DNA of 64,000 nucleotides from Candidatus Eiseniibacteriota bacterium (GTDB taxonomy: Bacteria > Eisenbacteria > RBG-16-71-46), in assembly GCA_044222065.1 (NCBI GenBank), contig JBGAOA010000002.1, positions 32,001 through 96,000 on the forward strand, read 5' to 3'. The notes beneath the pieces are model-generated. The model made no database searches. It had not been told where the DNA came from and was given only the letters and a program-made list of their open reading frames with translations. Each line of letters opens with the position of its first letter. The first letter of the stretch is position 1. Shown piece by piece: positions 9,632 to 19,330 of the stretch. The position numbers and the translations under genes are program-made.

Positions 9632-10882
9632 GCCTCGCGTGGCGCGTCTACCGCGCGGTCGTCCCCGTCCTCGGCGGCGTCGCGCCTCACGCCCGCGTGT
9701 TCGCGGGGCCGAAGGAGCGCCCGCTGTGGAGCGAGCGCATGGGCGAGGTGCGGCGCGAGGGCGGCGTCCACGCGTGGTGCACGGCGCGCGTCGCTCGGCG
9801 AGGCGAACGCCGTGCTGCCGCTCGTGCGCGAGCTCGTCGCGCTGCAGCGCGACGCCGCGCTGCACCTCACCGCAACGACGCGCACGGGACGCGCGCGCCT
9901 CGCCGAGAGCGGGCATCCCGCGACGCTCGCGCCGGTCGACGCGCCGCAGGCGGTCGCGCGGTTCTTCGACGGCGTCGCGCCGCGCCGCGTGTTCATCGTC
10001 GAGACCGAGCTGTGGCCGCACTGGCTGCTCGCGGCGCGGGCGCGCGAGATCCCGGTCGCGCTCGCGAGCGCGCGGCTGTCGGAGAACTCGGTCGAGAAGT
10101 ACGAACTGTTCGGCGCGCCGTTCCGCGAACTCGTCGCGGGTCTCGCGGCGGTGCTGTGCCAGTCCCCGGAGGACGCGGGGCGCTGGGTCGCGATCGGCGC
10201 GCGTCCGGACCGGGTCGCGGTCGTCGGCAACCTGAAGAACGACGCGCTGCCCGAGCCGGCCGAGAGCCGCGAACGCGAGCGCCTCGCGCTCGGGTTCGAT
10301 CCCGCGCGGCCGCTGTTCGTCGCGGGGAGCCTTCGTCCCGGGGAGGCGCGCGTGCTCGCCCAGGCGTGGCGACGGCTGCCCGAGGCGGTGCGCGCGGCGT
10401 GGCAGGTCGTCGTCGTGCCGCGCCACGGCCGCGCGACGGCGGAATTGCGGTCGGAACTGCGCGAGGCCGGCGTCGCTTCGTCCGCATCGCCGCAGGCGGA
10501 CCCCGGCGCGTTCGGATTCGACGATCGCGCGGGCGTGCTCGTCGGCTACTATCGCGCCGCGGACGCGGCGCTCGTCGGCGGCAGCCTTCAGCCTTACGGC
10601 GGACACAATCCGCTCGAGCCCGCGGCGTGCGGGTGCGCGGTGGTCGTCGGCGTCCACACCGAGCACCAGCGCGAGGCGGTCCGGGCGCTCGAGCAGGGGG
10701 AGGGCGTGGCGATCGTGGACGGTGCGGGGGCGCTCGCGGCGGCGCTCGGTGCCCTGCTCGAGGATGCGGAAGCGCGCGAGCGCGCGGCCGCGGCGGCGCT
10801 CGCGGTGACGCGCGCGCTGCGCGGCGGTGCGAAACGCGCGGCGGTGAGGCTCGCGGCCGCCGGATTGTGGCCGGTCGCGTGA
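9628..10882 (+). CDS. waaA: Kdo transferase; frameshift near 9775-9790
   Basis: W-(V)HGA-SLGE motif split across frames, VETELWP, GNLKND, VPRH, GGHNPLEPAA. Confidence 0.9.
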
Positions 10883-11838
10883 GCGGCGCGCCCCTGGCCG
10901 CGGCGGCGGAGCGGCTGTACGAAGCCGCGTGGGAGTTCCGGCGCCTGCTCTACGCGCGCGGCGTGCGGCGGCCCGAGCGCGTCCGCGCGCGCGTCGTGAG
11001 CCTCGGCAATCTCTCGGTCGGCGGCACCGGGAAGACGACTCTCGCGCTGCACCTCGCCGCGCGCGCGAGCGAACGCGGAACGGCGTGCGCGGTCGTGTGC
11101 CGCCGCTACCGGCCGGGCCCCGGCGATGCGGGCGACGAGGAATTGCTGCTGCGCGAGCGCCTGCCCGGGACGCCGGTGTTCGCGGGCGACTCGAAGCGCG
11201 AACTCGCGCGCGCGGCCGCCGCTTCCGGCGCGGCGCTCGTGCTCGTGGACGACGCGTTCTCGCACTGGCGGCTCGCCCGCGATTGCGACCTCGTGCTCGT
11301 GGACGGCGCGGATCCGCTCGGAGGCGGCCGGCTGCTGCCCGCGGGGCGGCTGCGCGAGCCGCTGCGCGCGCTGCAGCGCGCGGACGCCGTGATCGTCACG
11401 CGCCTCGCGCCCGGCGCCGCGCCCGACGACGCGTTCGCGACGGTCGCGCCCTACGCTCCGGCGGCCCTGCTCGCCGCGGGCCGGCACGAGATCGTCGGCG
11501 CGTTCGACTCGCACGGCGCGCCGCTGCCGGCGGGCGCGCCGGTCTTCGTCGTCACCGCGACGGGCAACCCCGGCGCCGTGCGCGCATCGGCGGCCGAAGC
11601 GGGGCTCGACGTGCGTGGCGCGCGGACGTTCCGCGACCACCACTGGTTCTCGGCCGGCGAGGTTCGCGAAGTGCTCGCGGCGGCGCGGCCGCTCGGCGCG
11701 CGCGTGCTGCTGACGGCGAAGGACGCGGTGCGCTGGCCGCGCGCCGCACGGGAGGACGCGGCGGTGCTCGAAGTGCGCTGGCGCTGGGTCGCCAGCGGCG
11801 AGGCGGTGGAACGCCTCGCGTTCGGAGGGGCGGCGTGA
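10879..11838 (+). CDS. lpxK: Tetraacyldisaccharide 4'-kinase
   Basis: GNLSVGGTGKT P-loop, GDE, DDAFSH, LLPAGRLREP, F.DHH, TAKDAV. Confidence 0.93.
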   Translation: MSGAPLAAAAERLYEAAWEFRRLLYARGVRRPERVRARVVSLGNLSVGGTGKTTLALHLAARASERGTACAVVCRRYRPGPGDAGDEELLLRERLPGTPVFAGDSKRELARAAAASGAALVLVDDAFSHWRLARDCDLVLVDGADPLGGGRLLPAGRLREPLRALQRADAVIVTRLAPGAAPDDAFATVAPYAPAALLAAGRHEIVGAFDSHGAPLPAGAPVFVVTATGNPGAVRASAAEAGLDVRGARTFRDHHWFSAGEVREVLAAARPLGARVLLTAKDAVRWPRAAREDAAVLEVRWRWVASGEAVERLAFGGAA

Positions 11839-13466
11839 TGCACGCGGACGTGCTCGTGCTCGGAAGCGGCATCGCGGGGCTGTCGCTCGCGCTCGAAGCG
11901 GCGCGCGATGCGGACGTGCTCGTGCTCACGAAGAAGGCCGCGCACGAGGCGAACACGAACTACGCGCAGGGCGGGATCGCGGCCGTGTTCGACGAGGCCG
12001 ACTCGTTCGAGAACCACTACCGGGACACGCTGCGCGCGGGCGCGGGGCTGTGTCGCGAGCCGGTCGTGCGGCAGGTCGTGCAGGAGGCGCCGGAGCGCGT
12101 GCGCGCGCTCGCGGGCCTCGGCGTGCGATTCAACCGCGAGGCGCTGGGCTTCGCGCTCGGGATGGAGGGCGGACACACGCACCGGCGCATCGTGCACGCG
12201 AGCGACTTCACGGGCCGCGAGATCGAGTCGGTGCTCATCCGCCGGGTGCGGCGCCATCCGCGCATCCGCATGGTCGAGAACCGTCTCGCCGTGGACCTGC
12301 TGCTCGAGTCGCGGATCCGCGGCCGGCGCTCGGCGGCGCGCGACGCGTGCTGGGGCGCCTACGTGATGGACGAGCAGACCGGCCGCATCGAACCGCTCGT
12401 CGCGCGCGTCACCGTACTCGCGACCGGCGGCTGCGGCAAGGCCTACCTGTACACGACCAATCCCGACGTCGCGACGGGCGACGGGCTCGCGATGGCGTAC
12501 CGCGCGGGCGCGCCGGTCGCGAACCTCGAGTTCATGCAGTTCCATCCGACCTGTCTCTACCACCCGCAGGTGAAGTCCTTCCTGCTCACCGAGGCGCTGC
12601 GCGGCGAGGGCGCCGTGCTGCGCACGCTCGACGGCGCGCGCTTCATGCCGCGCTACGACCGCCGCGCCGAACTCGCGCCGCGCGACATCGTCGCGCGCGC
12701 GATCGACCGCGAGATGAAGCGGCGCGGCGAATCGCACGTCCTGCTCGACATCACGCACCGCAAGGCGGCCGACGTGCGCCGGCGCTTCCCGAACATCGTG
12801 GCGCAGCTCCTCGCGGTCGGGCTCGACCTCGCGCGCGAACCGATCCCCGTCGTGCCCGCGGCTCACTACATGTGCGGCGGCGTGCGTGCGACGCTCGGCG
12901 GCCGCACGCCGATCGCCGGGCTGCTCGCGATCGGCGAGGTCGCGTGCACGGGCCTCCACGGCGCGAACCGGCTCGCGAGCAACTCGCTGCTCGAGGCGCT
13001 CGTGTCGGCGCACCACGCGGTCGCCGAGGTGCGCGCGCGGCTCCACGACGCGGGTCGCGCGCCGCGGCCCGAGCCGTGGCACGCGGGGGAGGCGCGTCCG
13101 CCGCTCGAGACCGTGCTGTTCGACCACCACTGGGACGCCGTGCGCCGCGTCATGTGGGACCTCGTCGGAATCGTGCGCACGGACGAACGCCTCGCGCTCG
13201 CGGCGCGCCGGCTCGCGGACCTGCGCCGCGAGATCGAGCGCGACTACCGCCGCTTCCGCCTCTCGACCGACCTCGTGGAGCTGCGCAACCTGGCGCTCGT
13301 CGCGCAGCTCATCGTCGGGTGCGCGCGGCGGCGCAGGGAGAGCCGAGGGCTGCACTTCAACCTCGACCATCCGCACGCGGTCCCGGCGCTCGCGCGCCGC
13401 GACACGGTGCTGCGGCTCACGAGTGCGCGCGGCGCGGTTGCCGTGCGTTCCGGCCGCGGCCTATAG
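11838..13466 (+). CDS. nadB: L-aspartate oxidase
   Basis: GSGIAGL, YAQGGIAA, EGGH..RRIVH, EFMQFHPT, AAHYMCGG, GLHGANRLASNSLLE, RESRGLH; TGATG overlap with lpxK. Confidence 0.95.
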   Translation: MHADVLVLGSGIAGLSLALEAARDADVLVLTKKAAHEANTNYAQGGIAAVFDEADSFENHYRDTLRAGAGLCREPVVRQVVQEAPERVRALAGLGVRFNREALGFALGMEGGHTHRRIVHASDFTGREIESVLIRRVRRHPRIRMVENRLAVDLLLESRIRGRRSAARDACWGAYVMDEQTGRIEPLVARVTVLATGGCGKAYLYTTNPDVATGDGLAMAYRAGAPVANLEFMQFHPTCLYHPQVKSFLLTEALRGEGAVLRTLDGARFMPRYDRRAELAPRDIVARAIDREMKRRGESHVLLDITHRKAADVRRRFPNIVAQLLAVGLDLAREPIPVVPAAHYMCGGVRATLGGRTPIAGLLAIGEVACTGLHGANRLASNSLLEALVSAHHAVAEVRARLHDAGRAPRPEPWHAGEARPPLETVLFDHHWDAVRRVMWDLVGIVRTDERLALAARRLADLRREIERDYRRFRLSTDLVELRNLALVAQLIVGCARRRRESRGLHFNLDHPHAVPALARRDTVLRLTSARGAVAVRSGRGL

Positions 13467-13467
13467 T
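13438..13467 (+). promoter_or_regulatory. Putative sigma70 promoter for Minf_1886-msbA
   Basis: TTGCCG-N18-TATAGT; -10 overlaps the nadB stop. Confidence 0.5.
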
Positions 13468-13484
13468 CGGCGCGGCATGACCGC

Positions 13485-13895
13485 ATGACGACGCCCGAAC
13501 ACGCATTCTGGGCCACCGTGGACGCGATCCGCGAGCGCGACCCCCGCTACCGGCGGGAGGCGTACGCGTTCGTGATGCGGTCGCTCGCGGCCGTGGCGCG
13601 CACGCTACCGCCCGAACGGGCGCAGGACCCGGTCCGGCGGCACCTCTCGGGCGGCGAGCTGCTGCGCGGAGCGCTCGTGATCGCACGACAGGAGTTCGGC
13701 GTGCTCGCGCCGACCGTGCTGCGCGAGTGGGGGCTCCTCAGCGGGCTCGACTTCGGACGCATCGTCTTCCAGCTCGTCGAGGCCGGCGAGCTGAGCGCGC
13801 GGCCGGAAGACTCGCTCGACGACTTCCGCGGCATGGACGACCTGCCGACGGCGGTGAGCGCGGCGCCCGGCGCCCGCGGAACGCGGCCCCGCTGA
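13485..13895 (+). CDS. Minf_1886-family conserved protein of unknown function
   Basis: DPRY..EAY.FV, RHLSG.ELL, FG.LA..VL..WG, DFG.IVF.LV, DSLDDF pattern recalled for this family. Confidence 0.75.
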   Translation: MTTPEHAFWATVDAIRERDPRYRREAYAFVMRSLAAVARTLPPERAQDPVRRHLSGGELLRGALVIARQEFGVLAPTVLREWGLLSGLDFGRIVFQLVEAGELSARPEDSLDDFRGMDDLPTAVSAAPGARGTRPR

Positions 13896-13897
13896 TC

Positions 13898-15727
13898 GTG
13901 CGCGTCTACCTTCGACTGCTCGGATACCTGCGACCCTACCGGGGCCGCCTCGCGGCCGCGATCGCGTGCATGGTCCTGTACGCCGCGATGTCGGCGATCT
14001 CGCTCGGACTCGTCGCGCCGTTCATGAAGGTGCTGTTCGAGCGCGCCGGGAGCGCGGACCCCGCGCCCGGATCCGCCGCATCCGCGGACCGCCTCGCCGG
14101 CTGGCCGGCGCCGCTCCAGGCGATCGCCGAACGCACACTGCTCGACGCCCGGCCGATCGTCGCGCTCGAACGCCTGTGCGTGTTCATACTGATCGCGCTC
14201 CTGCTCAAGAACCTCGCGGACTACCTGCAGGCGTTCCTCATGGTGTCGGTGGAGCAGGCCGCGATCCGCGACCTGCGGAGCGCCCTCTACGCGCACCTGC
14301 AGCGGCTGTCGCTCGACTTCTATCACGCGCGCCGCGCGGGCACGCTCGTTTCGCGGCTCACGAATGACGTCGAGTACCTGCGCGCCTCGCTCGCGTCCGG
14401 CATCAGCAACCTGATCAAGGATTCGCTGACGCTCGCGGGCTGCCTCGCGTGGGTGTTCTTCGCCTCGTGGCGGCTCGCGTTGCTGTCGCTCGTCGTGCTG
14501 CCGCCGGTCGCGTTCGCGCTCGTCCAGATCGGGCGGCGCATGCGGCGGCGCTCCGAGCGCGCGCAGGAGCGCATGGGCGACGTGACGAGCATCCTGCAGG
14601 AGACGATCTTCGGCGCGCGCGTCGTGAAAGCGTTCTCGATGGAGCGCTTCGAACGCGCGCGCTTCGACGAGGCGAACCACCGCTACTACGGGGCGTTCGT
14701 CCACCTGCGGCGCATCTCGGCGGCGGCCCGCCCCGTGAGCGAATACGCGATCGTGCTCGTCGCGGTCGCGATGCTGTGGTTCGGCGGCCGCGAGATCTTC
14801 GAGCGCCACTCGCTCGAGCCGCAGCAGTTCGTGCTGTTCGTCACGGCGCTCCTCAGCATGATCTCGCCGCTCAAGAGCCTGTCCGAGGTGAACTCGAACG
14901 TGCAGCAGGGCGTCGCGGCGGCGAGCCGCGCATTCGAGCTGCTCGACACCCCGCCGAGCGTCGCCGACCGTCCCGATGCGCGCGTGCTGCCCGGCTTCCG
15001 CGAGGCGATCCGCTACGAGGGCGTGTCGTTCGCCTACGCGGGCGGCGAGCGCGTGCTCGACGGCGTGGACCTCGAGATCCGCCGCGGCGAGGTCGTCGCG
15101 ATCGTCGGCGCGAGCGGCGCGGGCAAGAGCACCACGATGGATCTGCTGCCGCGCTTCTACGATCCGACCGCGGGCCGCCTCACGATCGACGGGGTGGACC
15201 TGCGCGACGTGACGCTGGACTCGCTGCGCGCCCAGTTCGGAATCGTCACGCAGGAGACGATCCTGTTCCACGATACCGTGCGCAACAACATCGCCTACGG
15301 TGCGACCGCGACGGCCGCGGCCGACGTCGAGGCGGCGGCGCGCGCGGCGAACGCGCACGACTTCATCGCGCGCATGCCGCAGGGCTACGACACCGTCGTC
15401 GGGGACCGCGGCGTACGGCTCTCGGGCGGCGAACGCCAGCGGCTCGCGATCGCGCGCGCGCTGCTCAAGAACCCGCCGATCCTGCTGCTCGACGAGGCGA
15501 CGTCGGCGCTGGACGTCGAGAGCGAACGGCTCGTTCAGGAGGCGCTCGAGCGGCTCATGAAGGACCGCACCGTGCTCGTGATCGCGCACCGGCTCTCGAC
15601 CGTGCAGCACGCCGACCGCATCGTCGTGCTGGACGGCGGCCGCGTCGCGGGCTTCGGCACGCACGGGGAGCTGATGGCCCGCGAGGGCCCGTACCGCCGC
15701 CTGTACGAGATGCAGTTCGTCGCGTGA
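13898..15727 (+). CDS. msbA: ABC exporter (TMD+NBD), MsbA-like lipid A flippase
   Basis: Multi-TM N-half, GASGAGKST, LSGGERQR, LDEATSALD; located in lipid A cluster. Confidence 0.8.
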   Translation: MRVYLRLLGYLRPYRGRLAAAIACMVLYAAMSAISLGLVAPFMKVLFERAGSADPAPGSAASADRLAGWPAPLQAIAERTLLDARPIVALERLCVFILIALLLKNLADYLQAFLMVSVEQAAIRDLRSALYAHLQRLSLDFYHARRAGTLVSRLTNDVEYLRASLASGISNLIKDSLTLAGCLAWVFFASWRLALLSLVVLPPVAFALVQIGRRMRRRSERAQERMGDVTSILQETIFGARVVKAFSMERFERARFDEANHRYYGAFVHLRRISAAARPVSEYAIVLVAVAMLWFGGREIFERHSLEPQQFVLFVTALLSMISPLKSLSEVNSNVQQGVAAASRAFELLDTPPSVADRPDARVLPGFREAIRYEGVSFAYAGGERVLDGVDLEIRRGEVVAIVGASGAGKSTTMDLLPRFYDPTAGRLTIDGVDLRDVTLDSLRAQFGIVTQETILFHDTVRNNIAYGATATAAADVEAAARAANAHDFIARMPQGYDTVVGDRGVRLSGGERQRLAIARALLKNPPILLLDEATSALDVESERLVQEALERLMKDRTVLVIAHRLSTVQHADRIVVLDGGRVAGFGTHGELMAREGPYRRLYEMQFVA

Positions 15728-16791
15728 GTCCGCGGGCGCCGAAGCCGGTGGCCGTACCGGGCGGGGGCTTTCGCGACATCGCGGTGCTGCGGTTGTCGTC
15801 GCTCGGCGACGTGATCCTGACGCTGCCGGTCGTGCAGGCGCTGCGCGCGGCGTTCCCGTCGGCGCGAATCACGTACTGGATCAAGGAGGAGTTCGCGGAC
15901 GCGGTGCGCTTCGATCCCGCGCTCTCGCACGTGCGCGTGCTCGAACGCGACGCGCGCCGGCTCGAGGACCTCGTGTCGATGAGCGCGGAGCTCGAGGCTT
16001 GCGACCTGATTGTGGACCTGCACGCGAACGCCCGCACGCGCCTGCTCGCGTTCCGCCAGCGGGCGCCCGTGCTGCGCGTGCGTACTCACCGGATCGCGCG
16101 CGCGCGCTGGGTGCACGCGCGCTGGAGCGCGCCGCCGCGGCTCCCGGGCGCGCTCGCTCGCTACGCGTCGGCGCTCGCGCCGATCGGGCTCGAGGCCGCA
16201 GACGTCCCGCGGGTCGCCGCAGGCGAGGAGGCCGAGGCGTGGGCCGATGCGCAACTCTCGGCATGGGGGTGGGGCGAGGCCCCGCTCGTGCTCTGCCCGG
16301 CGGCGCAGCACGCGACCAAGCGCTGGCCCGAGCGGCACTGGCTCGCGCTCGACGAAGCGCTCGCTGCCGCGGGACGTGCGCGGCTCTACTTCTCGCTCGC
16401 GCGTGAGCGCGCTTCGTTCCCGGCGCTCGCGGCACGGATCGAGCGCGAGCCGCGGGCGCGCTGGATCTCGGAGCCGCTGCCGCGCATCGCGGCGCTGATG
16501 TCCCGCGGCGCCGCCGCGGTCGCGGGCGACACCGGCCTCATGCACCTCGCGGCCGCGCGCGGATTGCGCGTCGTCGCGCTCTTCGGCAGCACGTCCCCCG
16601 TGCTCGGCTTCGCGCCGGCGGGCGAGGGGCACGTCGTGCTGTGCCGCGACGAACCGTGTCAGCCTTGCACACTGCACGGTCGCGAGACCTGCCCGCTCGG
16701 ACACTTCCGCTGCATGATCGGGATCGAGCCCGGCGCCGTCCTCGCGGCGCTCGAGACGATCGCCACGCGCGCGGCGGGCGCCGGCGCTTGA
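15724..16791 (+). CDS. Glycosyltransferase family 9 (heptosyltransferase-like)
   Basis: RLSSLGDV, DLH, TKRWP, DTGLMHLAAA, FGST, Cys-rich tail CQPC..CPLGHFRCM. Confidence 0.88.
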   Translation: MSPRAPKPVAVPGGGFRDIAVLRLSSLGDVILTLPVVQALRAAFPSARITYWIKEEFADAVRFDPALSHVRVLERDARRLEDLVSMSAELEACDLIVDLHANARTRLLAFRQRAPVLRVRTHRIARARWVHARWSAPPRLPGALARYASALAPIGLEAADVPRVAAGEEAEAWADAQLSAWGWGEAPLVLCPAAQHATKRWPERHWLALDEALAAAGRARLYFSLARERASFPALAARIEREPRARWISEPLPRIAALMSRGAAAVAGDTGLMHLAAARGLRVVALFGSTSPVLGFAPAGEGHVVLCRDEPCQPCTLHGRETCPLGHFRCMIGIEPGAVLAALETIATRAAGAGA

Positions 16792-16817
16792 GGGGCCGCG
16801 CGAGCCGCCCCTATACT
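16788..16817 (+). promoter_or_regulatory. Putative sigma70 promoter for proS
   Basis: TTGAGG-N18-TATACT. Confidence 0.55.
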
Positions 16818-16879
16818 GCGCCCCCTTCACCTTCACGCCGCACGCGCGGGCCGAACCGCGACACCGCACCGGAGACGCC

Positions 16880-18303
16880 GTGAGCGAGACCCAGGAAAAG
16901 AAGCAGTTCGTCGAAGACCTGACCGACCAGTCCGACGACTTTTCGCGCTGGTACAACGAGGTCGTCCGCAAGGCGCAGCTCGCCGACTACTGGTGATCCG
17001 ACCCTACGGCTTCGGTTTGTGGGAGAACATGCAGGCGCGACTCGACCGCCGCATCAAGGACACGGGGCACCAGAACGCCTACTTCCCGCTCCTGATCCCG
17101 GAGAGCCTGCTCGCGCTCGAGGCCGAACACGTCGAAGGCTTCGCGCCGCAGGTCGCGTGGGTGACGCACGGCGGCACCGAGAAGCTCGAGGAGCGCTACT
17201 GCATCCGCCCGACGAGCGAGGCGATCATCGGCCACATGTACTCGAAGTGGATCGAGTCGTACCGCGACCTTCCGATCCTGATCAACCAGTGGGCGAACGT
17301 GATGCGCTGGGAAAAGGTCACGCGCCTGTTCCTTCGCACGGCCGAGTTCCTGTGGCAGGAGGGGCACACCGCGCACGCCGACGAGAAGGAAGCGATGGAG
17401 GAAGTGCTGCGGATGCTCGAGGTCTACCGGGACTTCGTCGAGAACGACCTCGCGCTGCCCGTGTGGCCGGGCCGGAAGAGCGACGCCGAGAAGTTCGCCG
17501 GCGCTTCCGCGACCTATTCCATCGAGGCGCTGATGCGCGACGGCAAGGCGCTGCAGGCCGGAACGTCGCACTACCTCGGCCAGCACTTCGCGAAGGTGTT
17601 CGACATCACGTTTCAGGACGAGAAGGGCGTACGCCAGCACGTCCATCAGACGTCGTGGGGCGTCTCGACGCGGCTCGTCGGCGGCATCGTCATGACGCAC
17701 GGCGACGACCACGGCCTCAAGCTGCCGCCGGTCGTGGCGCCGATCCAGGCGGTCGTCGTGCCGATCTGGCGCAAGGACGAGGATCGCGCGCAGGTGCTCG
17801 AGTTCGTGGGCAAGGTGCGCGAGGCGCTGCACGGCCGCGTGCGTCTGTTCGTGGACGACCGCGACCAGTACACGCCGGGCTGGAAGTACAACGAGTACGA
17901 ACTCCGCGGCGTTCCGGTGCGGCTCGAAGTCGGTCCGAAGGACGTCGCGAACCGCGCGGTGATGAGCGTGCGTCGCGACAGCCGCGCGAAGGAGTCCATT
18001 CCGCTCGACGCTCTCGCCACGCGGCTGCCGGCGCTGCTCGACGACCTGCAGCGTTCGCTGTTCGAGCAGGCGAAGGCGTTCCGCGACGAGAGCACCGTGT
18101 GGGCCGAGTCGCTGCCCGAGATCGAGGCGCACTTCGCCGAGAAGCGCGGCTACGTCGCGACGCCGTGGGACGGCGACGGCGGGTTCGAGGCCGAGGTGAA
18201 GGCGCGCACGATGGCGACGCTGCGCTGCGTGCCGCTCGACCAGTCCCGCTTCGCGGATCGCGCGCAGGGCCGGCCGTGGGCGCTGTTCGCGCGCGCGTAC
18301 TAG
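16880..18303 (+). CDS. proS: Prolyl-tRNA synthetase, archaeal/eukaryote type; frameshift at ~16991
   Basis: DFSRWYNEVV..ADY then VIRPYG in another frame; RPTSE, QWANVMRWE, FLWQEGHT, LQAGTSH, SWGVSTR, C-terminal FARAY. Confidence 0.93.
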
Positions 18304-18316
18304 GAGCGTTCCGGGC

Positions 18317-19330
18317 GTGATCGCGGAGCGCGCGGCGTCGCAAGTCCCGCCGCCCGCGCTCGCCCGCGTGATCGTGCGCCTGCCGAACTGGCTCGGCGAC
18401 GCGCTGCTTGCCCGGCCGCTGCTGCACGCGCTGCGCGCCGCCCAGCCCGCGGCCGAGATCCACGCGCTCGTTCCGCCCGCGGTCGCGGCGCTGCTCGCGG
18501 GAGACGGCGTGTGGACCGCGTCGCACGCGCCGAAGCCCGATCCGGCGCCGGCGGCGCTGCACGGCGCCGACCTCGCGCTCGTGCTGCCGCCGTCGTTCTC
18601 GAGCGCGTGGCAGGCGTTGCGGCTCGGCGCCCGGGTGCGCGTCGGCTACGCGCACGAAGGCCGCTCGCCGCTGCTCACGCGCGCGCTGCGCCGCCCGCGC
18701 CGCGGGGACCTGCACCTGTCGCGCGAGTACGCGGCGCTCGGGAGCTGCGCGGGCGTGCCCGCGTCGCCGCCGATCCCTCCGCCGCTCGCGTTGGACGCTT
18801 CCGTGCGCGAGCGCGCCGGGGCGTGGCTCGAGGCGCGCGGCCTCGCGGGACGCCCGCTCGCGCTGCTCGGCCCCGGCGCCGTCTACGGACCTTCGAAGCG
18901 CTGGCCCGCGGAGCGCTTCGCCGAACTCGGCCGGCGGCTCGCCGCGCGCGGCCACGCGGTGCTCGCTTGCGGCACGGCGGCCGAGCGCGAGGCGTGCGAA
19001 CGCGTCGCCTCGGCGATTCCGGGCGCTCGCAGCGGCGCGGGCGACACCGACCTCGTGCTGCAGGCGGCGCTGTGCGGCCGCGCGGCGGTCGCCGTGTGCA
19101 ACGACTCGGGACTCGCGCACCTCGCAGCGGCGGCCGGCGCGCCGACCGTCGCGATCTTCGGGTCCACGAGCAGCGCGTGGACGGCGCCCGTCGGCGGCCG
19201 CGTGCGGGTCGTGCAGCGGCCGCCGGTCTGCTCGCCGTGCTTCCGGCGCACGTGCGCGATCGGATTCGAGTGCCTGACGCGCGTCGAGGTCGAACGCGTG
19301 GACGCGGCCTGCCGGGAGCTCGCCGCGTGA
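18317..19330 (+). CDS. waaF: LPS heptosyltransferase II
   Basis: PNWLGDA, PGAVYGPSKRWP, NDSGLAHLAAA, CSPCF..C. Confidence 0.88.
   Translation: MIAERAASQVPPPALARVIVRLPNWLGDALLARPLLHALRAAQPAAEIHALVPPAVAALLAGDGVWTASHAPKPDPAPAALHGADLALVLPPSFSSAWQALRLGARVRVGYAHEGRSPLLTRALRRPRRGDLHLSREYAALGSCAGVPASPPIPPPLALDASVRERAGAWLEARGLAGRPLALLGPGAVYGPSKRWPAERFAELGRRLAARGHAVLACGTAAEREACERVASAIPGARSGAGDTDLVLQAALCGRAAVAVCNDSGLAHLAAAAGAPTVAIFGSTSSAWTAPVGGRVRVVQRPPVCSPCFRRTCAIGFECLTRVEVERVDAACRELAA

Noticed and set aside
7996..11838. 1280-aa plus-strand ORF resembling a giant LpxK fusion
   Set aside because: It strings together off-frame sequence, the N-termini of the frameshifted DUF374 and waaA genes, and the real lpxK starting at 10879.
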